A stretch of DNA of 42,679 nt from Clostridia bacterium (lineage in GTDB: Bacteria; Bacillota; Clostridia; Christensenellales; Aristaeellaceae): positions 1 through 42,679 of the forward strand of contig JAFVBK010000051.1 of NCBI GenBank assembly GCA_017480045.1. The letters are read 5' to 3'. The position numbers and the translations under genes are program-made. Shown piece after piece: positions 25,427-34,724 of this stretch. The notes under the pieces are model-generated. The model had not been told where the DNA came from and ran no database searches. It saw only the letters and a list, made by a program, of their open reading frames with translations. Within the stretch, counting starts at the first letter, position 1; each line of letters starts with the position of its first letter.

Positions 25427-26976
25427 AAAAAAAGAGCCATCTGATACTGCTGATTGCGGGCATTGCGCTTCTGGCGGTCGGCATCGTCTGCTTTGCCAGA
25501 ATCTGCGCGGTTAAAGACAGCATCTATTCAAATTACAAGCTCAGCTTCTCGGACGCGGACTTCAAGTCGGTGTTTATCAACGATCATGACGAGGCGACCG
25601 TGAAGGCTGACTTTAACGCCGCGGTGCTGAAGGTGGCGCGCGGCGGATCGACCGAGGAGACCGCGGACGCCGGCGCGGCAGAAGAGGCGCTGGCGGAAGG
25701 CGCGGAGGCGGTGGAGGCCGCCGAGGAGACGGCGGAAGCCAGTGAAGAGGTGCTGGAGGCAATCGAGGAATCGTCCCCGTATGACGCCATCATTGGCAGC
25801 TTTTCCAAGGTCTCCAGCCTGCGCACGGCCTGGAAGCTGCAGAGCTGGTTCCTGATCGCCGGCGTGGCGCTGTGCCTGGCGGCCGCGCTGATCTTGCTGC
25901 GCAACAAGCACCTGGACTTCGCGTCCATCATGCGCTCCAAGATCACCTGGGCCATCATTGCCGAGATACTGATTTTGATCGTCTGCCTGATCATTCGGCC
26001 GGACTTCTTCTCCATCAGCTATCAGCCCTCCAACCGGATGCTCTACGGCAACCTGGTGGATATCATCAACCGCTCCGCCGAGATCACCATCATCGGCATG
26101 GGCATGACGATGGTCATCGCCCTGGGCGGTACGGACCTGTCTGTGGGCGCGTTGGTGGCGGTTTCCGGCGCGCTGGCGCTGAAGCTGATGCGCTGGGATC
26201 CCACCAACCCGCTGTATCAGACGCCGGGCGACTATTCGGTGTATCCGTTCATACTGGTTCTGCTGGTGCCGCTGGCGGTCTGCCTGCTGATGGGCGCGTT
26301 CAACGGCGTGCTCGTGGGCCAGCTGAAGCTGCAACCCATCATCGCCACGCTGATCCTGATGGTCTCCGGCCGTGGCATCGCCCAGATCATCACCAACGGC
26401 AAGCAGTATACCACGATGTACAGCCCGTTCCGCTGGATCGGCCAGGGCAGCTGCCTGTTCCTGCCAACGCCAATCGTCATCACGGCGGTGGTGGTGGCGG
26501 CGGTGATGCTGTTCGTGCGCAAGACGGCCTTCGGCACCTTCGTGGAGTCTGTGGGCATCAACCCCAGCGCCTCCCGGCTGTCGGGCATCAATTCAAAGGT
26601 GGTCATACTGATCGTGTTCGCGCTGACCGGCCTGCTGTCGGGTATCTCCGGCATGATCTATTCCAGCCGCATCATGTCCAACGATTCCAATAATGCCGGC
26701 TTGAACTACGAGACGGACGCGATTCTATCCGTGGTTATCGGCGGCACGAGCATGACGGGCGGCAAGTTCAGCCTCGCGGGCACCATCGTGGGCTCCATCA
26801 TCATTCGCACCATTGTGACCTTCGTCTACTTCTTCGGCATTCCCGCCGACGCGACCATGGCGTTCAAAGCCCTGATCATCGCGGTGGTTATCGTGCTGCA
26901 GTCCGAGCCTGTCCGCGCCTGGATGGCCAAGCGCGCCCAAGCCAGGGCCATGGTGAAAGGGGGCTTGGTGAAATGA
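25423..26976 (+). CDS. ytfT: ABC transporter permease (YtfT-like) with an N-terminal extension of about 170 aa
   Basis: The C-terminal ~340 aa match the YtfT/RbsC-type permease pattern (GGTDLSVGA, ATLILMVSGRGIAQ, DAILSVVIGGTS). GTGA overlap with the ATPase gene stop. Confidence 0.85.
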   Translation: MKKKSHLILLIAGIALLAVGIVCFARICAVKDSIYSNYKLSFSDADFKSVFINDHDEATVKADFNAAVLKVARGGSTEETADAGAAEEALAEGAEAVEAAEETAEASEEVLEAIEESSPYDAIIGSFSKVSSLRTAWKLQSWFLIAGVALCLAAALILLRNKHLDFASIMRSKITWAIIAEILILIVCLIIRPDFFSISYQPSNRMLYGNLVDIINRSAEITIIGMGMTMVIALGGTDLSVGALVAVSGALALKLMRWDPTNPLYQTPGDYSVYPFILVLLVPLAVCLLMGAFNGVLVGQLKLQPIIATLILMVSGRGIAQIITNGKQYTTMYSPFRWIGQGSCLFLPTPIVITAVVVAAVMLFVRKTAFGTFVESVGINPSASRLSGINSKVVILIVFALTGLLSGISGMIYSSRIMSNDSNNAGLNYETDAILSVVIGGTSMTGGKFSLAGTIVGSIIIRTIVTFVYFFGIPADATMAFKALIIAVVIVLQSEPVRAWMAKRAQARAMVKGGLVK

Positions 26977-28022
26977 GCCAGAAATCCAGCAACCGGCAGA
27001 GTCTGTTTAACCGAATCATGAATCCGAAGTACATCATGGTGTACGCCACCGTGATCATCTTCCTGATCATCTACGCCGTCGGCGCCATACTCTATGGCAA
27101 CATCGGGTTTACGAGGCTGCGCACCTTCGTGAACTTCTTTACCGATAATGCCTACTATGGCATCTCCGCCGTGGGCATGACCATGGTGCTGATCACCGGC
27201 GGCATCGACCTGTCGGTCGCCTCCGTGGCGTCGCTGACGGGCATGCTGATCGCCTATGGCTACGAGCGCCTGGGCATCTCCCCGGTCATCACCATGCTGT
27301 TTTCCCTGCTGGTGGGCGTCGGCCTGGGCGCGCTGATGGGTTCGGCGATTCACTATCTGAACGTGCCGCCCTTCATCACCACTCTGACCGGCAACTTCCT
27401 GGCCCGCGGCATTTGCAGCCTGATCTCCCGCGAATCCATCAGCATCAACCATCCGCTGATCGACGCGCTGGCGGGCTTCAAGATTACGCTGTATCACCTT
27501 GTGGATGGGCAATGGGAAAAGATCAAGCCGATTACAAACATCAACCTGACGGTCATCATATTCATTGTGATGATCATCGTCGGCACCATCGTGCTGCAGC
27601 ATACTCGCTTTGGACGCAACGTGTACGCCATCGGCGGCAGCGAATCCAGCGCCAAGCTGATGGGCCTGCCCGTGGGCCGTACCAAGGTGGCCGTGTACGC
27701 CATCAATGGCTTCTGCTCCGCGCTGGCGGGCATCGCCTACGTGCTGGTGGTCAAGTCCGGCTGGAACATGGCGCTGCAGGGCGGCGAGCTGGAGGTCATC
27801 TCCAGCGCCGTCATCGGCGGCACGCTGCTGACCGGCGGCGTGGGCTACATGATCGGCACCATGTTCGGCGTGCTGCTGAAATCGGTCATTCCCGCCATCA
27901 TCAACTTCAACGGCACGCTCTCCTCCTGGTGGGGCAAGATCGCGACCGGCGCGCTGCTGCTGCTGTTCATCGTCATCCAGCGCGCGGTGGTGAGCTACAC
28001 CAGCAGGAAAAAGACGACCTGA
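26973..28022 (+). CDS. yjfF: ABC transporter permease (YjfF-like)
   Basis: ATGA overlap with the upstream permease gene. Motifs GGIDLSVASV and SSAVIGGTLLTGG, about 10 TM helices. Confidence 0.85.
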   Translation: MSQKSSNRQSLFNRIMNPKYIMVYATVIIFLIIYAVGAILYGNIGFTRLRTFVNFFTDNAYYGISAVGMTMVLITGGIDLSVASVASLTGMLIAYGYERLGISPVITMLFSLLVGVGLGALMGSAIHYLNVPPFITTLTGNFLARGICSLISRESISINHPLIDALAGFKITLYHLVDGQWEKIKPITNINLTVIIFIVMIIVGTIVLQHTRFGRNVYAIGGSESSAKLMGLPVGRTKVAVYAINGFCSALAGIAYVLVVKSGWNMALQGGELEVISSAVIGGTLLTGGVGYMIGTMFGVLLKSVIPAIINFNGTLSSWWGKIATGALLLLFIVIQRAVVSYTSRKKTT

Positions 28023-28031
28023 TCTTACGCC

Positions 28032-28069
28032 AATCCCCGACGAAGCGCTTCGCCGGGGATTTCTTGGTT
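28032..28069 (+). terminator. Terminator after the transporter operon
   Basis: Near-perfect palindrome AATCCCCGACGAAGCGCTTCGCCGGGGATT, followed by a T-rich run. Confidence 0.6.
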
Positions 28070-28215
28070 GAGATTGGCACGATTAGCGGTTCGCCGAGGC
28101 GCGAAATCGAAGATTCTGGCGCCGCACCGGAGGCCGCAGGACTTCGGCGAAAATCGTTGCGCGAAATGGATGTATCGTGTATACTGTCTGCATTGAAGCG
28201 ATGGGAGGAATTGAT

Positions 28216-28806
28216 ATGGACGCACGGGCGCTGATCGATTTTCTGCGGGTGATGGAGCGGCTGAAGGACGCGCCGCGCCATTGCTGGACCACCGGCGGAC
28301 GGCGGGAGAGCGTGGCCGAGCACAGCTGGCGCGTATCGCTGATGGCGATGCTGATGGCGGACGAGTTCCCGGAGGCGGATATCGACAAGGTGATCCGCAT
28401 GTGCCTGGTGCACGATATCGGCGAGGCCATTACCGGCGATATTCCCGCCTTTCTAAAGACCGACGCGGATCGGGCAACGGAGGGCAGGGAGGTGGACGCG
28501 CTGATTGGCGGCCTGCCCGCGCCCTGGCCTCAGACGCTGGGGGCGCTGTTTGCGGAGATGGATGCCCAGGAGACGCTGGAGGCGAAGCTCTATAAGGCGC
28601 TGGACCGCATGGAGGCGATACAGTCTCACAACGAATCGGACGTCTCGACCTGGCTGCCCCTGGAGTACGATTTGAACCTGACCTACGGCGAGGCCAACGC
28701 GGCCTTTCATCCCTATCTCATGCGCCTTCGCGCTGAGATGCGCAAGGATACCGAGGCGTTGATCGAAGCAGCCGAGGCAAAAGGGATAGTGCCGAGGGAA
28801 GGTTAG
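28216..28806 (+). CDS. HD-domain phosphohydrolase (YfbR-like 5-prime-deoxynucleotidase family)
   Basis: ESVAEHSWRVSLMA ... CLVHDIGEAITGDIP is the H..HD..D pattern. ATG 28216 lies 7 nt after GGGAGG. Confidence 0.8.
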   Translation: MDARALIDFLRVMERLKDAPRHCWTTGGRRESVAEHSWRVSLMAMLMADEFPEADIDKVIRMCLVHDIGEAITGDIPAFLKTDADRATEGREVDALIGGLPAPWPQTLGALFAEMDAQETLEAKLYKALDRMEAIQSHNESDVSTWLPLEYDLNLTYGEANAAFHPYLMRLRAEMRKDTEALIEAAEAKGIVPREG

Positions 28807-29035
28807 ATATCGCCCTGAACCGAGCGCCGGAGGATGGAAATAGAACGCTCCTCCGCCTCGATCGGGATGACAGGCGAAGCAATTTCGTCATCCGGAGCGC
28901 AGCGAAGGAGCTGTGGGCAATGAGCGACCGTCTTATTGCTGGCGGTAAATCAAGGAAAAACCGACGCGGAGACGCGGCATGATCCATTCGAAACTGCATC
29001 TCCCGACATTTGGAAACACGTTCCTGCGCTGTTCG

Positions 29036-30412
29036 TCAGGCTTCCGCGATTTTCGCTCGCGTTGCGTCGATCGTAGCCTTTACCGCCGAAGGCGCGGGGC
29101 CGCCGGGCAGGCTGCGCTGGGATACGCAGGTCAGCAGGTCGATGGCGTCGTACACGTCCTCGTCGAATACCAGGCTGAATTCCCGGTAGTCCGTCAGCGG
29201 CAGCTCGTCCAGGGTCAGCCCCCGGTCGATGCAGTATTTCACCCGCTGCCCGGTCACCCTGTAGGCATCGCGGAAGGGCACGCCCTTGCGCACCATGTAG
29301 TCCGCGCAGTCGGTGGCGTTGATGAAGCCGCCCGCCGCGGCCTTTTTCATGTTGGCGGGATGGAAGTTGGCGGTACGCAGCATCGGCGCGAGCACCGACA
29401 GGCTCAGGTCGGCGGTATCGATGGCGTCAAACAGCGCCTCCTTGTCCTCCTGCATGTCCTTGTTGTAGGCCAGCGGCAGCGCCTTCATGGCGGTGAGCAG
29501 CGTAGTCAGGTCGCCGAACACACGGCCCGTCTTGCCGCGCACCAGCTCGGTGATGTCCGGGTTTTTCTTCTGGGGCATGATGGACGAGCCGGTGGAGAAG
29601 TTGTCCGCCAGCGTCACGAATTTAAACTCCCAGCTGCACCACAGGCAGATTTCCTCGCTGAAGCGGGAGAGGTGCATCATCATGATCGAGAGATCGCTGA
29701 GCAGCTCCAGCGCGAAATCCCGGTCGGAGACGCCATCCAGGCTGTTCAGGCTGATGCCGTTGAAGCCCAGCTGCTCGGCCACGTATTCCCGGTCCAGCGG
29801 ATAGGTGGTGCCCGCCAGCGCGCCGCTGCCCAGGGGCAGCACCAGCGTGCGCCGCTTGCAGTCGCCCAGCCGCTCGATGTCCCGGAGCAGCATCTGCGCG
29901 TAGGCCATCAGGTAATGGGCCAGCGTTACCGGCTGGGCCCGCTGGAGATGGGTGTAGCCGGGCATCACCGTCTCCAGGTGCTGCTCCGCCACCTCGCAGA
30001 AGGCCGCGGTCAAATCCTTCGCCAGCGCGATGACATGTTCGATTTGATCCGCCAGGTACATGCGGATGTCCAGCGCCACCTGGTCGTTGCGGCTTCTGGC
30101 GGTGTGCAGCTTTTTGCCCGCCGTGCCGATGCGCTCGGTCAGCGTGGCCTCCACGAAGGTGTGGATGTCCTCGCAGGTCATGTCGATCTCAAGCGCGCCG
30201 CGCTCGATATCCGCGAGAATCCCATTGAGCCCTTCGACGATTTGATTTTTTTCGTCCTCAGTGATCACGCCAATCTTGCCCAGCATCTTCGCGTGGGCGA
30301 TGGAGCCGGTGATGTCCTGCTTATACATGCGGCTGTCAAAGCCGATGGAATTGTTGATGGCGCTCAGCCTCTCGTCCACATCGCCGCCCGTGCGGCCCGC
30401 CCATAGCTTCAT
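29036..30412 (-). CDS. argH: Argininosuccinate lyase
   Basis: MKLWAGR..., TARSRNDQVALD, and the lyase signature LGSGALAGTTYPLDR. 458 aa. Confidence 0.95.
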   Translation of the reverse strand: MKLWAGRTGGDVDERLSAINNSIGFDSRMYKQDITGSIAHAKMLGKIGVITEDEKNQIVEGLNGILADIERGALEIDMTCEDIHTFVEATLTERIGTAGKKLHTARSRNDQVALDIRMYLADQIEHVIALAKDLTAAFCEVAEQHLETVMPGYTHLQRAQPVTLAHYLMAYAQMLLRDIERLGDCKRRTLVLPLGSGALAGTTYPLDREYVAEQLGFNGISLNSLDGVSDRDFALELLSDLSIMMMHLSRFSEEICLWCSWEFKFVTLADNFSTGSSIMPQKKNPDITELVRGKTGRVFGDLTTLLTAMKALPLAYNKDMQEDKEALFDAIDTADLSLSVLAPMLRTANFHPANMKKAAAGGFINATDCADYMVRKGVPFRDAYRVTGQRVKYCIDRGLTLDELPLTDYREFSLVFDEDVYDAIDLLTCVSQRSLPGGPAPSAVKATIDATRAKIAEA

Positions 30413-30463
30413 ATGTTTACCTCTCTATCTGTCGTCGATGGTTGAAGACCCGGAATCCATGGC

Positions 30464-31057
30464 TCAGAGCGCGTTTGGCATCGCCTGTGCGCATTCCTCC
30501 CTGCGCTCGCAACAGGCCAGATGATCGTTGACGATGCCGATGGACTGTAGAAAGGAATAGGTGATGACCGGCCCGGCGAAGCGGATGCCCCGCTTCTTCA
30601 TGTCCGCGCTGAGCCTGCGCGACAGGTCCGTCACAGTCGGTACGTCTCCCGGCTTCTCCCAGCCGCCCATGATCTGACGCCCATCCGTGAAGCTCCACAG
30701 GTAGCGGTCAAAGCTGCCGAATTCCGCTTGAATTCGCTTCACTGCCGCCGCGTTGTCGCGCACGCTGTAAATCTTGCCGCGATTGCGGATCAAGCCGGGA
30801 TTTGCCAGCTGCGCTTCCAGATATGCGTCCGTCAGGGCGGCGCACGCCTCTATGTCAAAATCGCGAAACGCCGCGCGATAGGCCTCGCGCCGGTGCATGA
30901 TCGTCCTCCAGGAGAGCCCGACGCTCGCGCCTTCAAGGCACAGCATTTCAAACTGAAAGCGGTCGTCGTGGTTGATCCGGCACCACTCGTGATCGTGATA
31001 GGCCTCCAGAATTGGGTCGCCCGCGGCCCAGGCGCGGCAAGGATTGGCTGTTTCCAT
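30464..31057 (-). CDS. tag: DNA-3-methyladenine glycosylase I
   Basis: CRAWAAGDPILEAYHDHEW, FEMLCLEGASVGLSW and GLIRNRGKI, plus a C-terminal cysteine cluster, as in E. coli Tag. The start METANPCRAW (31057) is preferred over the longer track ORF. Confidence 0.88.
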   Translation of the reverse strand: METANPCRAWAAGDPILEAYHDHEWCRINHDDRFQFEMLCLEGASVGLSWRTIMHRREAYRAAFRDFDIEACAALTDAYLEAQLANPGLIRNRGKIYSVRDNAAAVKRIQAEFGSFDRYLWSFTDGRQIMGGWEKPGDVPTVTDLSRRLSADMKKRGIRFAGPVITYSFLQSIGIVNDHLACCERREECAQAMPNAL

Positions 31058-31090
31058 CGCTTTCAACCTCGCAAAACTGGAATTTATGTC

Positions 31091-31131
31091 TCCATCATTA
31101 TACACAACAACCGGCCCGCCCGCAAGGGGGC
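31091..31131 (-). promoter_or_regulatory. Promoter element copy A (minus strand: TTGCGG-17 nt-TATAAT, extended TGTG) upstream of tag, overlapping a GC hairpin
   Basis: Plus-strand ATTATACACA at 31097-31106. Hairpin AACCGGCCC / GGGCCGGTT at 31109-31136. By hand alignment, 34 of 38 positions are identical to copy B. Confidence 0.6.
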
Positions 31132-31269
31132 CGGTTATCATTGGAGGGCCCGATCAGCGGGCAGACCGCCAAAGGCGGGCGTCGCGCGGTCCGGCAGGTA
31201 TAGGATCGTTCTCGGACCCATGCAAAAGCTTCTTCAAAGGGCGCCTCCTTGTCAAGCGACGGGCATGTG

Positions 31270-32319
31270 TCACAGCAGGTGCGGGCTGTCCATCACGGTG
31301 CGCGCCGCGTTCTGGGCCTGCTCAAGAATGACGTCGGTTAGCTCCAGGCGCTCGATCCAGTCCGCGGGCAAGGCCTTTAACCCGTGCAGCGCGCCGAGGA
31401 TGTTCCCGGCGATGGCCCCGGTGGAGTCGCTGTCGCCGCTGTGATTGACCGCGCTGATGAGGCCCGCCCGGATGTCGTCCGGGTGCTTCAGACAGCTGTA
31501 GATGGCGATGGCGAGCGCTTCGTCGCCCACCCAGCCGCCGCCCAGCGCGTGGATGGCCTCCACGTCCGGCGTATCGGTATGGCTCAGGCGGATGGCGCTG
31601 CGCACCATGTCGGCGAAGCTTCGGACGGTGGGATAGTCCCAGCGCTCTTCTACGGCCTGCAGCGAGGCCAGCACCACGTCCTCCAGCGGCTGGGGCGGCT
31701 CGTAGATCAGGCGATATACGATGTCCGAGAGCATGCCCGCGGGGGCCCAGCCGCCGGGGTGGCCGTGGGTGATGGCCGCGACCTCCGCACCCGTCTCAAG
31801 CGGCTTGCCCCAGCATTTCATAAAGCCCAGCGGGGCGACGCGCATCACGCCGCCGCAGCCCTTGGAATCGTTGATCGGCTCGTCCACGCCGCCCATTTTG
31901 CCGCTGCCGAGGGCGGAGAGGCAGGTGTTGCCCGGCGCGCGCCGCGCGTTCAGCTCCGGTACCTTCAAAAGGTCGCTCACCGGCGCCCACAGGGATTCCT
32001 CCCGTGGCCTGCCACCCTGGGTCATGTACCAGCACAGATAGGCTTGATAGACGTAGCTCTCCACCGGCGCGCCGACGCCGCGCTGTGTCGCCCGCCAGTA
32101 GCCGAATACCATGCCCTCGTTGGTGAAGAGGGTCATCTGCGTGTCGTCGGAAATTCTCGTCTTACCTTCGCGCGTCACGAGCTCGCGAATGCCGCCTTCG
32201 CCGAAGCGCCTACGGATGTCGTCCCACGACTCGAATTCCACCTCGTAACCCAGCGCGTCGCCCAGCGCTCCACCCATCAGGGAACCGGCGATTTTGTCAT
32301 AAAAATATTGCTGATCCAT
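31270..32319 (-). CDS. ADP-ribosylglycohydrolase family protein (DraG/ARH-like)
   Basis: GGALGDALGYEVEF, ISDDTQMTLF and GDSDSTGAIAGNILGA are the hallmark metal-binding motifs. ATG 32319 lies 6 nt after GGAGG; the track GTG start sits inside the -10 box. Confidence 0.85.
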   Translation of the reverse strand: MDQQYFYDKIAGSLMGGALGDALGYEVEFESWDDIRRRFGEGGIRELVTREGKTRISDDTQMTLFTNEGMVFGYWRATQRGVGAPVESYVYQAYLCWYMTQGGRPREESLWAPVSDLLKVPELNARRAPGNTCLSALGSGKMGGVDEPINDSKGCGGVMRVAPLGFMKCWGKPLETGAEVAAITHGHPGGWAPAGMLSDIVYRLIYEPPQPLEDVVLASLQAVEERWDYPTVRSFADMVRSAIRLSHTDTPDVEAIHALGGGWVGDEALAIAIYSCLKHPDDIRAGLISAVNHSGDSDSTGAIAGNILGALHGLKALPADWIERLELTDVILEQAQNAARTVMDSPHLL

Positions 32320-32337
32320 GGCCCGCCTCCAACGTTT

Positions 32338-32377
32338 TTCATCATTATACACATCAAGCCGCCCGCCCGCAAGGGGA
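32338..32377 (-). promoter_or_regulatory. Promoter element copy B upstream of the ADP-ribosylglycohydrolase gene
   Basis: Plus-strand ATTATACACA at 32344-32353, with -35 TTGCGG at the same spacing as copy A. Confidence 0.6.
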
Positions 32378-32445
32378 ACGTGGGCGGGAATCAGGGCTTA
32401 CGCATGAATGGCAATAGAATTACAATGGAATGAAATAGGTGTAAT

Positions 32446-32524
32446 TGTAGGGGCGGCGTTGCGCCGCCCGCCGAGTGGAACGATGCGCTATGTACAGGGC
32501 GGGCGCCGCAACGGCGCCCCTACA
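32446..32524. repeat. Two inverted copies of the GC-hairpin element that also occurs in the 1-285 array
   Basis: 32446-32472 is the exact reverse complement of GGCGGGCGGCGCAACGCCGCCCCTACA from the array. 32494-32524 is a forward copy with a paired G/C swap in the stem. Confidence 0.85.
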
Positions 32525-32640
32525 AGGTCATCGATTTCAGTTATGCCATACTTCTGTAATTCATGCGTTTGCCCTGGGGCGGGAATTTGCAGCGGAAGGC
32601 CGCGACGGCCAAGCCCCTTTGAAGCGAGAACGCGAGACCC

Positions 32641-32736
32641 GGATTGTCACGTCGCTTCGCGCCTTACAATGACGGGGTACAAGCCGATAGCTTTGTGCGT
32701 CATTGCGAGGCAGCCGTCAGGCCGACGTGGCAATCC
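32641..32736. repeat. Imperfect inverted repeat (GGATTGTCACGTCGCTTCGCGCCTTACAATGAC / GTCATTGCGAGG...CGACGTGGCAATCC)
   Basis: Arms at 32641-32673 and 32699-32736. It resembles a repeat class that I recall seeing in many Firmicute intergenic regions. Confidence 0.7.
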
Positions 32737-32815
32737 GGGTCGTCCGGGTCTCTTCGGTTGCAGCGCGCTACAGGGTCATGTCTTGAGCGTCAGCGGAGCG
32801 TGCGCCGCGCCACAC

Positions 32816-34048
<1,233 letters not shown>

Positions 34049-34101
34049 TTTAAACGCTCCTTGTGCGCCGACGTGCGGCGGTTGATTTTGTTGATGGATT
34101 C

Positions 34102-34129
34102 ATTATATACCAAAAATATACACTGTCAA
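34102..34129 (-). promoter_or_regulatory. argG promoter (TTGACA-16 nt-TATAAT on the minus strand)
   Basis: Plus-strand TGTCAA at 34124-34129 and ATTATA at 34102-34107. Confidence 0.7.
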
Positions 34130-34167
34130 GCCGAAATATACGTTAAAAGGGTTAATTTTCGGGAATA

Positions 34168-34201
34168 ATATGCAGAATATATGTATATTGATGCAGAATA
34201 T
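34168..34201 (-). promoter_or_regulatory. Direct repeat ATGCAGAATAT x2 with a 21-bp period upstream of the argG promoter (candidate ArgR/AhrC operator)
   Basis: Copies at 34170-34180 and 34191-34201. AT-rich, spaced two helical turns apart. Only a partial match to the ARG box TNTGAATWWWWATTCANW. Confidence 0.4.
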
Positions 34202-34213
34202 GCAGGCGGCGTA

Positions 34214-34666
34214 TCAGGAGCCGCGCGCTTTTCCAAAGAAATCCTTCAGCAGTGCCGCGCACGCCTCCGCCAGAATGCCGCCGTCAGCGGGGCAGAAGTG
34301 GGGGAAGGCGGGCTCCTCCGTCACGCGATAGAGGCTGCCCGCGCAGCCCTGATCGGGGTTGGCCGCGCCGTATACCAGCCGTCCCACCCGCGCCTGCACG
34401 ATGGCCCCGGCGCACATGGGGCAAGGCTCCAGCGTCACGTAGAGGGTACATTTGTTCAGCCGCCAGTCGCCGCACGCCGCGCTGGCCCGCCGGATGGCCA
34501 GCAGCTCCGCGTGGGCTGTGGCGTCCCGCCGGGCTTCGCATTCGTTGTGGGCGCGGGCGATGATCTCGCCCTCCCGCGCGATCACGCAGCCCACGGGCAG
34601 TTCGCCCGCCTCGGCTGCCAGCTGCGCTTCGGCCAGGGCCTCGCGCATGAAGTCGATGTCGGTCAT
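34214..34666 (-). CDS. tadA: tRNA adenosine(34) deaminase
   Basis: Deaminase motifs HAELLAI and TLEPCPMCAGA. ATG 34666 follows GAGGAG. Confidence 0.92.
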   Translation of the reverse strand: MTDIDFMREALAEAQLAAEAGELPVGCVIAREGEIIARAHNECEARRDATAHAELLAIRRASAACGDWRLNKCTLYVTLEPCPMCAGAIVQARVGRLVYGAANPDQGCAGSLYRVTEEPAFPHFCPADGGILAEACAALLKDFFGKARGS

Positions 34667-34724
34667 GGATATCTCCTCGATAAAAGTGATTTGAGGGGGA
34701 ACCCCTGAACGGATGCGCCACAAA

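Noticed and set aside
28807-29035. Short hairpins (GGATGAC/GTCATCC and GGAGGA/TCCTCC) between the convergent HD and argH genes
   Set aside because: The stems are short and lack T-tracts. They could serve as weak bidirectional terminators, but the evidence is too thin to annotate them.
31140-31262. Possible 27-aa minus-strand micro-ORF (TTG start after AAGGAGG) between the ARH and tag genes
   Set aside because: It rests only on an RBS-like AGGAGG and a non-ATG start. Too short to assess, with no supporting conservation information.
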